From: Escherichia phage DaisyDussoix
Direction: 5' to 3' (one strand)
Length of the DNA: 64,000 nt
Sequence record: MZ501058
Shown here: positions 30,430 through 40,522 of the stretch, in pieces
Numbering within the stretch: the first letter of the stretch is position 1
Layout of the letters: every line of letters begins with the position of its first letter
Translations under genes and position numbers: made by a program
Notes under the pieces: model-generated
Told to the model about the DNA's origin: nothing
Databases searched by the model: none
Seen by the model: the letters and a program-made list of their open reading frames with translations, nothing else

Positions 30430-31387
30430 ATTTCGCAGCTCTAGCCAAGATTCTATCAATGTCGCCTTGAGATAGCTTCTCGACTTCACGGAAGTAAAGT
30501 TCAAGTTCGCCCAACATATCAAGATCAACAAGATTTAACTTAGCATCTTTAGTAACTCGATGGTTAATCTTCTTATCTAATAAATCAGAGTCTTTAATAG
30601 ACTTTAATTGAACAACATCACCAGTAACTTCGTAGACTACACGATCATAATCACTAGGTTCCATCTCTTCACCAGCTCTGATTGTTTTACGAATCAGTTG
30701 TGGTAAATCACCTAGTTCAATCCATTCTACTTTTAATGTGTCGGTATCAATGATAAAGCAACCATTTGTACCTTTTGTGCGTTCTCTATGGAACGATGTA
30801 GTTAATGGAGAGCCTGGGTAGAGGAGTCTAGTAGATCCGATAGTCTGGCTATTAGTATAAGAATGTAAATCGCCAGCAATTACAGTATCATAACAGTTGT
30901 ACTTAGTTAGATCGATTTCTGGTTTTACGTGCGGAGGGATTTCACCACGAACATGCGTGAAACATAGTTTTGATTCAGCAGGTTTCCACTTGGGTTTATG
31001 AATCTCATCATATGGGACAATATCAAATTCAGTGGAACGATATGGTTTGGTAATTACTTCCCATTTCCCACTAGTTACTTTATTAATAACTCCCGCATAA
31101 TGGTACAGACATGAAATGGTTTTAGTTAACATTTCATGATTTCCAGTAAAGATTTTGCCTGGATGGTCAAGTCTTGACATGAACTGTTCAAGCAGTTCTA
31201 TTTCTTCTGACGACGGGTCGGCAACATCAAGTATATCACCACCAGCAATATGAAGATCACAGTTATGATTATGGAATATATCATTTAACCGTTCTCCTAG
31301 CATCAGGAAGCGACGCTTCTGCCATTCCTTTGGAACTTTATCTTGTCCTAGTTTGATATGATGATCAGCACTAAATAATATTCTCAT
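30410..31387 (-). CDS. SbcD/Mre11-like nuclease (T5 D12-like)
   Basis: 325 aa; calcineurin-like phosphoesterase motifs DHH, GGDILD, GNHE; overlaps D13 start. Confidence 0.85.
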   Translation of the reverse strand: MRILFSADHHIKLGQDKVPKEWQKRRFLMLGERLNDIFHNHNCDLHIAGGDILDVADPSSEEIELLEQFMSRLDHPGKIFTGNHEMLTKTISCLYHYAGVINKVTSGKWEVITKPYRSTEFDIVPYDEIHKPKWKPAESKLCFTHVRGEIPPHVKPEIDLTKYNCYDTVIAGDLHSYTNSQTIGSTRLLYPGSPLTTSFHRERTKGTNGCFIIDTDTLKVEWIELGDLPQLIRKTIRAGEEMEPSDYDRVVYEVTGDVVQLKSIKDSDLLDKKINHRVTKDAKLNLVDLDMLGELELYFREVEKLSQGDIDRILARAAKYVKDYN

Positions 31388-31390
31388 TGG

Positions 31391-31416
31391 TTAAAAAGAA
31401 AGGGGCCGAAGCCCCT
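31391..31416 (-). terminator. rho-independent terminator (minus strand)
   Basis: AGGGGC / GCCCCT stem with 4-nt loop followed in transcript sense by a U-rich tract. Confidence 0.55.
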
Positions 31417-31423
31417 CTATTTA

Positions 31424-32197
31424 TTAATCATCCAGATCGCTTGCAGCTTCGTGGTCAATACCTTTCTGGGAACCAGCATTGCTGTTACCAGATTTGGCAT
31501 CATCATCTTTATTCTCACGACCTTCCATGAAGGCTTGAATTGCTTCTTTCTGCTCTTCATAGGTAGGAACCGGATAGGTTTGTTCCAGAGAAGGAACTTT
31601 CTCAAACTTAATGATGTCGCCATCTTCGTCACACATAGCTTCACCAATCAGATCTACATCCGCAGCATATTGCTTAGATTCTGCACTGTTAGGATCTTGC
31701 AGCTTAATCTGGAACTGCATAGCAGCAATCTGCTGTACATCATACTCAGTATCGAAACCTTTGCCTTTTTTCTCGATAGAAATATCAATATCAAACGGAG
31801 TTGCCAGATTCAACTGCTTCATGATAGACTGGATGCCTTTCAGAATAGTAGCTTTGACTTCCATTACTTTCAGTTTGTTATCAGAACGGTCGATAACAAA
31901 AGCGATATAGTTTTTCTTCGGTTTCAGCGGAACGCGATTACCATCTTTATCCAGCTCTTTCTCAAAGAAGCCCATCTCATGAACCGGATCAGCTTTACCA
32001 CGAACAAAACTCTCTTTGTCGCGGTTAAAACGGAGACATTCGAAAGGAGCTACGCTACCCTCTTTATTAGTCAGCCAATAGACATAACGTGGAAGAACAC
32101 CAGAAACGATACGAACACGAGTGATACCGTTGTTGAACTTCAGGAATTCGATTTTATCGTTAGAACCGCCAGTAGTTTCGCCCCAAGACTTAGCCAT
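31424..32197 (-). CDS. hypothetical protein with strongly acidic C-terminal tail (possible DNA-binding/SSB-like)
   Basis: 257 aa ending ...EAASDLDD; placed between helicase and SbcCD-like genes. Confidence 0.35.
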   Translation of the reverse strand: MAKSWGETTGGSNDKIEFLKFNNGITRVRIVSGVLPRYVYWLTNKEGSVAPFECLRFNRDKESFVRGKADPVHEMGFFEKELDKDGNRVPLKPKKNYIAFVIDRSDNKLKVMEVKATILKGIQSIMKQLNLATPFDIDISIEKKGKGFDTEYDVQQIAAMQFQIKLQDPNSAESKQYAADVDLIGEAMCDEDGDIIKFEKVPSLEQTYPVPTYEEQKEAIQAFMEGRENKDDDAKSGNSNAGSQKGIDHEAASDLDD

Positions 32198-32474
32198 ATT
32201 TTATTTCCTCTTTAAAGATTAATTTCGATTTGTTAATTGCGATTAGTGGGTTAGTGTCGATTACTAAACGTGGTATCCATACTGGAACATATTGTATGTC
32301 CAAACTAGGATCGTTTGTAAACTTGTATTCGGCATAATTTCGTAGACTTAAAATTCCTAGATATTCTGCCAGTTGTCTATTAGACAATTTATTTGGATTA
32401 TCAACTATTGTTGATTCATTCAAAATGAATGAGGAACCGACCAATAATTGGTGAGCATCAGGCTCTGTAAGCAT
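32190..32474 (-). CDS. hypothetical protein
   Basis: 94-aa ORF; no strong SD seen. Confidence 0.3.
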   Translation of the reverse strand: MLTEPDAHQLLVGSSFILNESTIVDNPNKLSNRQLAEYLGILSLRNYAEYKFTNDPSLDIQYVPVWIPRLVIDTNPLIAINKSKLIFKEEIKYG

Positions 32475-32581
32475 TCTTTTGAATAGCTTAATAATTAGGT
32501 CGGAATTTCCTCTAGCTAGTAAGTATAGCTTTTCATAATCGAAGAATTTAATTTTTGTTTTCTCCTCGAATTTATGTATAT

Positions 32582-32611
32582 ATTATACTAGATTTCGAGA
32601 GAATTTAGCAA
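32582..32611 (-). promoter_or_regulatory. sigma70-like early promoter (proximal copy of tandem pair)
   Basis: TTGCTA -35, ~18-nt spacer, TATAAT -10, followed by ATACATAAATTCGAGGAG. Confidence 0.55.
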
Positions 32612-32682
32612 CTAAAATTTTTATTTTTCTGCTTCGGACTTTCTTATCAATCCGAAACTTTCTCTCTCAAATTTATGTATAT

Positions 32683-32711
32683 ATTATACATCATTTATGA
32701 GCTGTTGCCAA
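32683..32711 (-). promoter_or_regulatory. sigma70-like early promoter (distal copy, overlaps 3' end of helicase gene)
   Basis: TTGGCA -35, 17-nt spacer, TATAAT -10, followed by ATACATAAATTTGAGAGAG. Confidence 0.55.
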
Positions 32712-34047
32712 ATGCAATTTTAGCTAATTGAACTGCTTTCTCCGGAGTCATAGTAATAGTTTTCCACCCGTTGTTACGATATACTGCCATACGTCCAGAA
32801 GCCTGTCTTAGTCCAGTGCCACCTTTCATAATTAGATCTACAACAATAGGGTCGAGTTTACCATCGACAATACGTTGAACACGGCCTGCAAGCTGTTCAA
32901 TGAGAGATTCATTATTAATGAGGCTTCCCATTATTAAACAAGATAGCTCATTAAGGGAAATACCTTCAGAGAAGATACTTTGAGCTGCTGCAAGTACACA
33001 AGGCCCACCTTTTGCTATATCTTCCTGAATTTTTAATCGGTCATCTAAGTGGGTTGCGCCAATAATCTCATAGGTTGTGACTCCTCTCTGAGATAGTGCT
33101 TCTAGTACTGTTTGGATTAACTCTGTTCTATCACTTACAATGAGTACTTTATGCCCCATATTCACGTATAAATGTGCTAGATTTATAATAGTCTCTCGAT
33201 ATTCCGGATGGTTATATACATCATTAGCACGCAAAGCCCATGGAACATTCTGGTTTCCAGACAATTCAACTGGTACGGAGTACCTGTGGATTGTAGGAGC
33301 AACAGTATTATTAACCGGCGGGCTAAATATCTTATATCCAAAGAAATCTTTGAACATAACCTGCAAGCCATCCTTACGTTTTAGTGTACCGGATAGTCCA
33401 ATTTTATAGTGAGCACATGATATTTCTAGGAAGTTAGTGAAAGTTGTAGCTACACAATGGTGAACTTCATCAACTATAACAGTACCGAATACTTTAGAAA
33501 GATTATTCGCATGTTTATTCACTGTTTGAATATTACTGACTACAATTGGTGGATCAATATTGTACTTCCCAGAACCTATGATGCCTGGTTCAAACCCAAA
33601 CCATTTACGAACTTCTGCCGCCCACATTTCACGAATGGATGTATTCGTACAGATTACCAAAGTTTTCTGGCCAAATTTATACGCAAGTGCAAGGGCTAGG
33701 ATAGTTTTACCAAATCCAGGCTTACCATTAATAATACAAGTATCATCGCATTCTTCGTATATTGGAAGCTGATCTTCTTCACGCAATTTGAACTTAGGTT
33801 TTGGTATATCTACCGGAGCTAATGTGCGTTTATCGACTAATTCGTATTTTACTCCTTTAGCATCTAGTAAGTCCAGACGCGTAATAGGAATCCACTTAAT
33901 CTCTTTGGCAACAACACCACTATTCTTATACATAATAGGGTATTTACTAGTCATTGTCTCTATGTGATAAGTGGTTTGCTTACTACAATAATCCCAAAGT
34001 TCATCATCGGGCTTGAAATAGGCTTTATTAGATATAACAACCTTCAT
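32695..34047 (-). CDS. superfamily-2 DNA helicase (T5 D10-like)
   Basis: 450 aa; Walker A GKPGFGKT, DEVHH box; ATG start. Confidence 0.8.
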   Translation of the reverse strand: MKVVISNKAYFKPDDELWDYCSKQTTYHIETMTSKYPIMYKNSGVVAKEIKWIPITRLDLLDAKGVKYELVDKRTLAPVDIPKPKFKLREEDQLPIYEECDDTCIINGKPGFGKTILALALAYKFGQKTLVICTNTSIREMWAAEVRKWFGFEPGIIGSGKYNIDPPIVVSNIQTVNKHANNLSKVFGTVIVDEVHHCVATTFTNFLEISCAHYKIGLSGTLKRKDGLQVMFKDFFGYKIFSPPVNNTVAPTIHRYSVPVELSGNQNVPWALRANDVYNHPEYRETIINLAHLYVNMGHKVLIVSDRTELIQTVLEALSQRGVTTYEIIGATHLDDRLKIQEDIAKGGPCVLAAAQSIFSEGISLNELSCLIMGSLINNESLIEQLAGRVQRIVDGKLDPIVVDLIMKGGTGLRQASGRMAVYRNNGWKTITMTPEKAVQLAKIAFGNSS

Positions 34048-34541
34048 AATTTTATTCTAAGTCTAGGAATTTCAGGCTCCTCTTGATGGACTTGATAAAT
34101 AACGGGGCTATTATTTACCAGAATATAGCTTATATAAGCTGGAACATAGGATAATACAAATGGATAAGGGACTTTAGCCACATAGCATTGGTATTTTCCA
34201 TTATAAATTCTAGCTGAATGCAAAACTTTAGAGGTGACAACATCATAGAACGTAGTTTTCTTCCAATTAATAAGATTTCCATCAGAATCTATAAATTGGT
34301 TACGCTTTGACCCAACTAATTGAGACAACATTGATATTCTACCCCTAATAGGATAGAGCTTGTATGGTAATTCTTTCCGTTTCTCAAATAGGATAAGCCT
34401 ACGTTGAGAAAACGTGCCAGGCAACTTCCTGTTATCTAGCACATATTTATTATATCTTGTTGTAATTACGGAATAATCACCTTCTTGCTCAATTGATACA
34501 AACGCCCGTAACGCATAGACGGGCAATTTGAAATTAAGCAC
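34044..34541 (-). CDS. hypothetical protein
   Basis: 165-aa ORF, overlapping stop/start with both neighbours. Confidence 0.4.
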   Translation of the reverse strand: MLNFKLPVYALRAFVSIEQEGDYSVITTRYNKYVLDNRKLPGTFSQRRLILFEKRKELPYKLYPIRGRISMLSQLVGSKRNQFIDSDGNLINWKKTTFYDVVTSKVLHSARIYNGKYQCYVAKVPYPFVLSYVPAYISYILVNNSPVIYQVHQEEPEIPRLRIKL

Positions 34542-37101
34542 CGAGAATCCTTTTCACGTTATCCAGATCTTTACATACAGCAATAAACTTATCATCCTTG
34601 TACTTGCTGTGGTCTGGATGTTCTTTATCCATTGCAGCTAGTTTCTTATACTCGAACTCTGCATCAAGTAATACACCCTTGACATAACGAGTATATTCGT
34701 CATCATCAATACAAGCGATTGATGGGTGCTGTTTCTTCATCTTACCACAAGAATAGTCACGAGAACCTCCAGCTTCAGAATCTGAATCAATACCAATAGG
34801 ACAGCCAGGAATACTGATACCACGGTCTTTCTGAATATTACGAATCAGAATTTCATTGTATTGGTCGATCAAATCCTCACGAACAATAGCAACTACGGAG
34901 TCATGAACCAGCATAACAATCTTCATCTCTTGTTCTACGCCAAGAGAAATGATCTCATTATCTGCATCTACAGCACCTAAAAGTAGGCTATCAGAAGAAG
35001 CAGACTGAATGATTGCGTTAAATCCAGAACGGATTTCTTCACCCTGAACACCACGGTCTTCGGAATGGATATTATGCAGACGACGTTTACGACCAAAGTG
35101 ACTATAGATAAATCCATGATTCTTGATCTGATCGTGGCACTTATCAATCCAACGCTTAAGCTGTGGGAACTGACCGAAGTAAGTTTCAATGTACTCTTTA
35201 GCATCTGCAACAGTACATTCAACAAACGGTTCACCAGTTTTGGCTGCTTGTTCTAGCAATGCTTCGTTAACAGAATGTGCTACTTTAGCCGGGCCAGAAC
35301 CGTATAGAATACCGAAGGTAATTGCTTTAGCTGCTTGACGCAGAGCCGGGAATAACTTTTTAACATCACGAGGTTCGCATTGGAGCTTAAATACCATGTG
35401 TGCGATGTTAGAGTGGAAGTCAGGGTATTTATCAGGTTCATTTCTCATGTTGATAAATACTTGTTGCATATTTCTATCCCCAGATAGAACAGCAGCATAA
35501 TAAACTTCCGCAGTTGTTAAGTCCCATGCGATTACACGATACCCAAGAGGAGCTACTACACAACCCTTGATAATAGATTCATCACGGGGTAACTGTTGCA
35601 GGTTCAGTTTACCAGAAGAACTCAGACGACCAGAAGTAGTCATATGTTCATGGAAACCAGTACGAATGCAACCATCTGCATCAATACTCAGAAGAATCTT
35701 CTCAACATAAGTAGAGATTAGCTTAGTCAGCTTACGAATCTCTAGTAGAGTTTTAGCAATTGGATGCTGCGTAGCCAGTTCATTCAGAGCTTCTGCGTTT
35801 GTAGAATCTGCACCAGTATCTGTTAACTTACCAGTTGGAGTCAAACCAACATAATCGAACAGAAGAACACGAAGTTGTTTAACAGAGTTCGGGTTAAATG
35901 CTTCATTCTGATCTTGTTCTAGCTGTTTAACTTCTGGATAAGTGTACAGTTTCTCACGGGCTTTATTCAAATTATGAGTCAATTGATACTGAGCTTCTTT
36001 CAAACGATCAATAGAGATAGGTACTCCACGATCCTCAACACGTTGCAAGAATACGCAACCAGGCATCAAAACATCATAATACAGACTGCAAAGTTTTTCA
36101 TTCTTCTCAATTTTCGGTAAGAAGAAGTTGTGCAAACGTAGGGTGGCATCTGTATCTTTCGCAGCGTAAGGCCACATAATATCAAACGGAATTAAATCAT
36201 AGGTGAAATCTTCTTTCTTGATTTTATGTGCTTTGCAGTAATCATCTTTGAACTTATCTAGTTCGAAGTCATAGTCACCCATATCGGTATACTTCATTGC
36301 TAGAGATTTCAAGCCATGAGTACCACGACGTTCATCTAGAACATAATGCTGCAACATGGTATCATGGAGCCTGCGTTCTTTATGTGCTTTATCAAAAGTA
36401 AGTCCCAGATGGTACTTATAAAAGTGCATATCAAACTTCAAGTTGTGAAAAACAATAGTGTGGTTTTCACTATCCAGAATTTTCTGGAGATAATATACTG
36501 CAACCTCTGTGAGACAATCAGAATCGATATATACACCCTGATACTCTTGGTGAGACATAGAAACACCGAGCAGATAACCATCTCGACAGTATAGTGCTGA
36601 GGTTTCGGAGTCGAATGCGACAGGTCCGATAACCATATTATACACCATCTTGATATATTCTTCTGCCTCGTCAGGGTCAGTAATAGGACGGTAATCACCA
36701 GCTTTTGCAATCTTCTCACGACCATTGATAATATCGTGGATATTCTCTACTGTTGCATCAAAAACTGGTTTCATTTCAGGTTTAAAGTGTAACTGGGCTG
36801 GGCTGATACTCGCAATCCAGTTAGCATATCCATTATACTCTACACGTTTACCGGTATAATCACCAATACCTTTCTTACCTGCAAAGTACAGAAAAGGTTC
36901 GGCACCTACCAATATAACAAAATCATAATCATTCGGGTCAAATGGGTTTTCCGGAGTCCCGATAGTAATATGCTTTTTGAGCAAACGACCGGACAACTTC
37001 TCGTTACACATATGGAATACATCAACTTCCTCGCCGTATAGCTGGAAATGTTTATCATAACGAGTGTTGTTTAGAGCTTTATCAACTACTGCGATTTTCA
37101 A
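34534..37101 (-). CDS. family A DNA polymerase with 3'-5' exonuclease domain (T5 D9-like)
   Basis: 855 aa; motif B RQAAKAITFGILYG, motif C VHDSVV; TTG start with AGGAG SD 6 nt upstream. Confidence 0.95.
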   Translation of the reverse strand: MKIAVVDKALNNTRYDKHFQLYGEEVDVFHMCNEKLSGRLLKKHITIGTPENPFDPNDYDFVILVGAEPFLYFAGKKGIGDYTGKRVEYNGYANWIASISPAQLHFKPEMKPVFDATVENIHDIINGREKIAKAGDYRPITDPDEAEEYIKMVYNMVIGPVAFDSETSALYCRDGYLLGVSMSHQEYQGVYIDSDCLTEVAVYYLQKILDSENHTIVFHNLKFDMHFYKYHLGLTFDKAHKERRLHDTMLQHYVLDERRGTHGLKSLAMKYTDMGDYDFELDKFKDDYCKAHKIKKEDFTYDLIPFDIMWPYAAKDTDATLRLHNFFLPKIEKNEKLCSLYYDVLMPGCVFLQRVEDRGVPISIDRLKEAQYQLTHNLNKAREKLYTYPEVKQLEQDQNEAFNPNSVKQLRVLLFDYVGLTPTGKLTDTGADSTNAEALNELATQHPIAKTLLEIRKLTKLISTYVEKILLSIDADGCIRTGFHEHMTTSGRLSSSGKLNLQQLPRDESIIKGCVVAPLGYRVIAWDLTTAEVYYAAVLSGDRNMQQVFINMRNEPDKYPDFHSNIAHMVFKLQCEPRDVKKLFPALRQAAKAITFGILYGSGPAKVAHSVNEALLEQAAKTGEPFVECTVADAKEYIETYFGQFPQLKRWIDKCHDQIKNHGFIYSHFGRKRRLHNIHSEDRGVQGEEIRSGFNAIIQSASSDSLLLGAVDADNEIISLGVEQEMKIVMLVHDSVVAIVREDLIDQYNEILIRNIQKDRGISIPGCPIGIDSDSEAGGSRDYSCGKMKKQHPSIACIDDDEYTRYVKGVLLDAEFEYKKLAAMDKEHPDHSKYKDDKFIAVCKDLDNVKRILGA

Positions 37102-37162
37102 ATTTAATCTCCTCTTGGTAAGTAAGTATAACTTCAGTGTTTCTTCTCTAACTTACCAATAT

Positions 37163-37191
37163 ATTATATCAAAATATTGGGATAATAGCAA
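37163..37191 (-). promoter_or_regulatory. sigma70-like early promoter upstream of DNA polymerase
   Basis: TTGCTA -35, 17-nt spacer, TATAAT -10. Confidence 0.6.
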
Positions 37192-37194
37192 ATA

Positions 37195-37524
37195 CTATTT
37201 ATAGGTATGGAGTAATTTACGCATTTCATTGCGCTGCTTTTCTAGTACCCGAAATTCTTCGTCTATACGCAGAAAAGCATCTAGTGCTTTCATAGATTGC
37301 TCAGTATTTTCTACAACAGCCCAATCATATGTTAGGTATACTTCTTGACCTGTATCTTTTACTTTAAAGTAAATATAAGATGCAGGTAATTTAGGATCAC
37401 CAAATAAATGGAAATTCTTTCGTTTATTAAGGGACTCCAGTGTTGTGAATCGCTCTAGTTTAACCTCTTTGTGTGTTATACTATCATACACTGGAACATC
37501 CGCATAAATATATATGTATTCCAT
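37195..37524 (-). CDS. hypothetical protein
   Basis: 109-aa ORF, ATG start, TAG stop. Confidence 0.4.
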   Translation of the reverse strand: MEYIYIYADVPVYDSITHKEVKLERFTTLESLNKRKNFHLFGDPKLPASYIYFKVKDTGQEVYLTYDWAVVENTEQSMKALDAFLRIDEEFRVLEKQRNEMRKLLHTYK

Positions 37525-37550
37525 AGTAGCTCCTCAGTTATTTAGGATTA

Positions 37551-38441
37551 TTATACCAAATCTTTAAGTGATTCAGCAACTAAAATTTCAATACGTTTTG
37601 CTAACATATCAATTTCTTCTTTATTTAAGTCACCTGGGTCTTTACCTTCAGGCAGAAGAAAGTTAGCCACTACAGGTGTTAAACGCGTTTTTGTACGAAT
37701 TAGCTTGGCCAATGCTTGTGCAGCCTTATTACCAGAAGCATCATTATCTAGTAAGATAACAACAACTTTTACACCAGCAATAATATAGGGGCTGAACTTA
37801 TCTGCAATGTTATCCGAAGTAAACTGATGTGTACCGAAGCAACAAGAAGCATAGTCTATACCATTATCCTCTAGATTCAGCATATCAAAGATACCTTCAA
37901 CTAGAATAAGAACTGGAGTATTATATCGTACAGGGAAAATCGGTGGTGAAACTTGTTTTGGTTTTACTAAGTATTTAGGAGGGGCAGAACTGTTTATAGA
38001 ACGACCCAAAAATAGGATATTGCGTCCAACAGCATCTGTGATTGGGAATACAATTCTGCCTTCCCAGTTCTCTTGATGTTGGAAAGCAAAATATTTCTTC
38101 AAGGTCTTAGAACTGATACCTCGGAAATCACCTTCAAAAAGAAAGGCAGATTCTGGGATTGCAAGATTCGTAGATCCATTTCTAATCTCAGAAATTTTTT
38201 TACGTACTTGGGATAGTCTTGGAGATTGTCTATATTGAGTCTCATTAAAATAATGATAAATACTAGGTATACCTTTGCCAAAACCGCAACTCAAGCAGTG
38301 CATAATCCCGGTTTCAGGATCAATACGCAAACTTGGGTGTTTATCATCATGATCTGGGTTTAAGCAACAGATTAAAATATCTCCACCAGTATCTTTATAC
38401 TCAATTCCCTTAAGATCAAGTAATTCTGTTATTCTACTCAT
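37551..38441 (-). CDS. DnaG-type DNA primase
   Basis: 296 aa; N-terminal zinc ribbon (CLNPDHDDKHPS...CLSCG), TOPRIM motifs LVEGIFD and LLDNDASG. Confidence 0.8.
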   Translation of the reverse strand: MSRITELLDLKGIEYKDTGGDILICCLNPDHDDKHPSLRIDPETGIMHCLSCGFGKGIPSIYHYFNETQYRQSPRLSQVRKKISEIRNGSTNLAIPESAFLFEGDFRGISSKTLKKYFAFQHQENWEGRIVFPITDAVGRNILFLGRSINSSAPPKYLVKPKQVSPPIFPVRYNTPVLILVEGIFDMLNLEDNGIDYASCCFGTHQFTSDNIADKFSPYIIAGVKVVVILLDNDASGNKAAQALAKLIRTKTRLTPVVANFLLPEGKDPGDLNKEEIDMLAKRIEILVAESLKDLV

Positions 38442-38971
38442 GAATTTATCTCCTCTAATGCAGGATAATTAGACGGGTCGAATATTTCTTGAATAGCATT
38501 TTCCCCATGAAATTGTAATCGTAGCTTATTAATCTTATCTACTGCTGATTCTAAATTCTGGTACTCAAAATATCCACCGAATATTTTCTTTTTATTGGTA
38601 TCTCTTAGTTGAACTTGCCATTTTTGCCGTTGTTTATTCCAACTAACTCCTATATACCCTGATTTACTTTTAGCTGCTTTATTCCTACTATTCTCTTGGT
38701 GAGAAGAATCTTTAAGATTAACCCAACGATTATCCCTTCGTATACGGTTTATATGGTCTACTTCTTCAGGTAAATAACCTTCCATATAGAGAAAAGCTAG
38801 TTGATGCGCATAGTAAGGCTTTCCATCTACCCATATACATATATAATCATCTTTTCTTAAAGAGCCAGCTATACTACCAGCTTTCTGATTACCTCTAGAT
38901 ACTTTTCTAGTAAACTCCCCAGTTTCTGGGGAGTAATCAAATAACTCTTTTAGCCTTTCCTGTGTTATCAT
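38438..38971 (-). CDS. HNH homing endonuclease with AP2-like DNA-binding domain
   Basis: 177 aa; HNH_3-type DHINRIRRDNRWVNL plus SKSGYIGVSWNKQRQKWQVQ; ATGA overlaps with both flanking genes. Confidence 0.8.
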   Translation of the reverse strand: MITQERLKELFDYSPETGEFTRKVSRGNQKAGSIAGSLRKDDYICIWVDGKPYYAHQLAFLYMEGYLPEEVDHINRIRRDNRWVNLKDSSHQENSRNKAAKSKSGYIGVSWNKQRQKWQVQLRDTNKKKIFGGYFEYQNLESAVDKINKLRLQFHGENAIQEIFDPSNYPALEEINS

Positions 38972-40491
38972 ATATCGCTGGCCTGTTCACCTGTTGAATT
39001 TTCAGCTTTGTCTTTCTTAGCACGTTTAGATTGAGCCAGCTTATCCTTCTCAATAGGGATAACGAACTCAGCTTCCATTTGAGATATATCTTCCATTGCG
39101 AGATTGGTAGTGTTATCCATCCGCAGGGTTTCCCAGTTCATTTTAGGCATAAACTTCACGCTATCAGAAGAACGAGTCTTAACGAAGTCAAACATAATAG
39201 CACCTTGACCATTATCCGCTTTTGCAGCATTAAGATTAGCAGCCATGTCTGCGGAATCAAGAATCCCCTTTGACATACGTGTTCTACCATCTTGATCAAT
39301 CTGGTAAGGAGCTACACCAGCCACGTTATGTTTCTGGCAGATAGATTTGAAAGACGAGCTAACAACCATCTGTTCTTTCCAGTCATACATATCAATGGTT
39401 TTAGAGTCTGGAAGTCGGGTTTGGTTAATATAGTCTAGTAAAGCTACTGTAACTTTATCCCCATATCTAGCAACTAATTTATTTAATTCTACGTCAACTG
39501 TTGTAATAGACAGCTCAGGATCATAAACAATAATCATAGGAGTATGTAGCTCATACCCTTCTATTAGCTTACTTTCCATATCGTAGAAATCACTCATCTT
39601 AGCCATTGTGTACTGTTTAACGAAGTTATCGAAAAGCTCTTCACCACCGTTAAACATCCTAGCTCTAGTTCTGGCTAATCTCAACAGAGCTGCACCTTCT
39701 AGAGTATTATTACGCATTGCTAGTGCTGATACACCAGCTAACATAGCTAGATTACGTCTAAATACTTCATGTTCTTTCATCTCAATTGAGAAGTATGGAG
39801 CAATATCTCCATTCAAATATTGCTGAACCTGTATGTTTGAACAGATAATGGATTTACCAGTACCACGCCAACCACCAAGCAGTAACGTTTCTGTGCGAGC
39901 TAAACCAATTTGAGCGTCGAACTCATTACAAATACCAAGAGCGATTAAGTTCAGTTTGGTATCTTCTTCTCTCTGGAAAATACGCATGTTATCTGCGTTG
40001 AATACTTTTCCAGTATTCGTTACTTTCTCTTCTAATTTTAAGTGAAGGGAGGCAACTCGGTTAAGAATTTCTCCCTGATCCAGCATTGTTAAGTCTTGAA
40101 GCACGTCTGTTTCTAGGAGCTTCAGGAATAAATCCTGTGTATATTCAGCCTCTAGGACTTCAAGTGCCTGTTCCATGCTCACTTCTGGAATTTGAGTGTT
40201 AGCTAAGACGACTAGAGCTTGAGAAAGGCGGGCGTTCCTATTAGCTTCAAGCATAAGTGCGTCAATGGACGGCATTGTGTTATATTTTTTATAATAATTC
40301 TGGACGGCTTGGTAAATTGAGGAGAAAGCGTCATTAAAATGATCTTTATGCAGTTTTGAGAATGTTTCCAATGCTATTTGCTTCTGTTCGGAAGCTAGAA
40401 GCATCTTCAACACTACAGCTTGCACGTTAAACAAGGTCATTCTCCTTTGCACGCTTTCGTGCCTTCTAAATGCAAAAAGGGGAAGGAGCAT
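38968..40491 (-). CDS. DnaB-like replicative helicase
   Basis: 507 aa; Walker A-like GGWRGTGKS, C-terminal RecA-like region; SD GGAGG upstream of first ATG. Confidence 0.6.
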   Translation of the reverse strand: MLLPLFAFRRHESVQRRMTLFNVQAVVLKMLLASEQKQIALETFSKLHKDHFNDAFSSIYQAVQNYYKKYNTMPSIDALMLEANRNARLSQALVVLANTQIPEVSMEQALEVLEAEYTQDLFLKLLETDVLQDLTMLDQGEILNRVASLHLKLEEKVTNTGKVFNADNMRIFQREEDTKLNLIALGICNEFDAQIGLARTETLLLGGWRGTGKSIICSNIQVQQYLNGDIAPYFSIEMKEHEVFRRNLAMLAGVSALAMRNNTLEGAALLRLARTRARMFNGGEELFDNFVKQYTMAKMSDFYDMESKLIEGYELHTPMIIVYDPELSITTVDVELNKLVARYGDKVTVALLDYINQTRLPDSKTIDMYDWKEQMVVSSSFKSICQKHNVAGVAPYQIDQDGRTRMSKGILDSADMAANLNAAKADNGQGAIMFDFVKTRSSDSVKFMPKMNWETLRMDNTTNLAMEDISQMEAEFVIPIEKDKLAQSKRAKKDKAENSTGEQASDI

Positions 40492-40522
40492 AGCCCCCTC
40501 CCCTTAGGTTTAATTTACCAGA

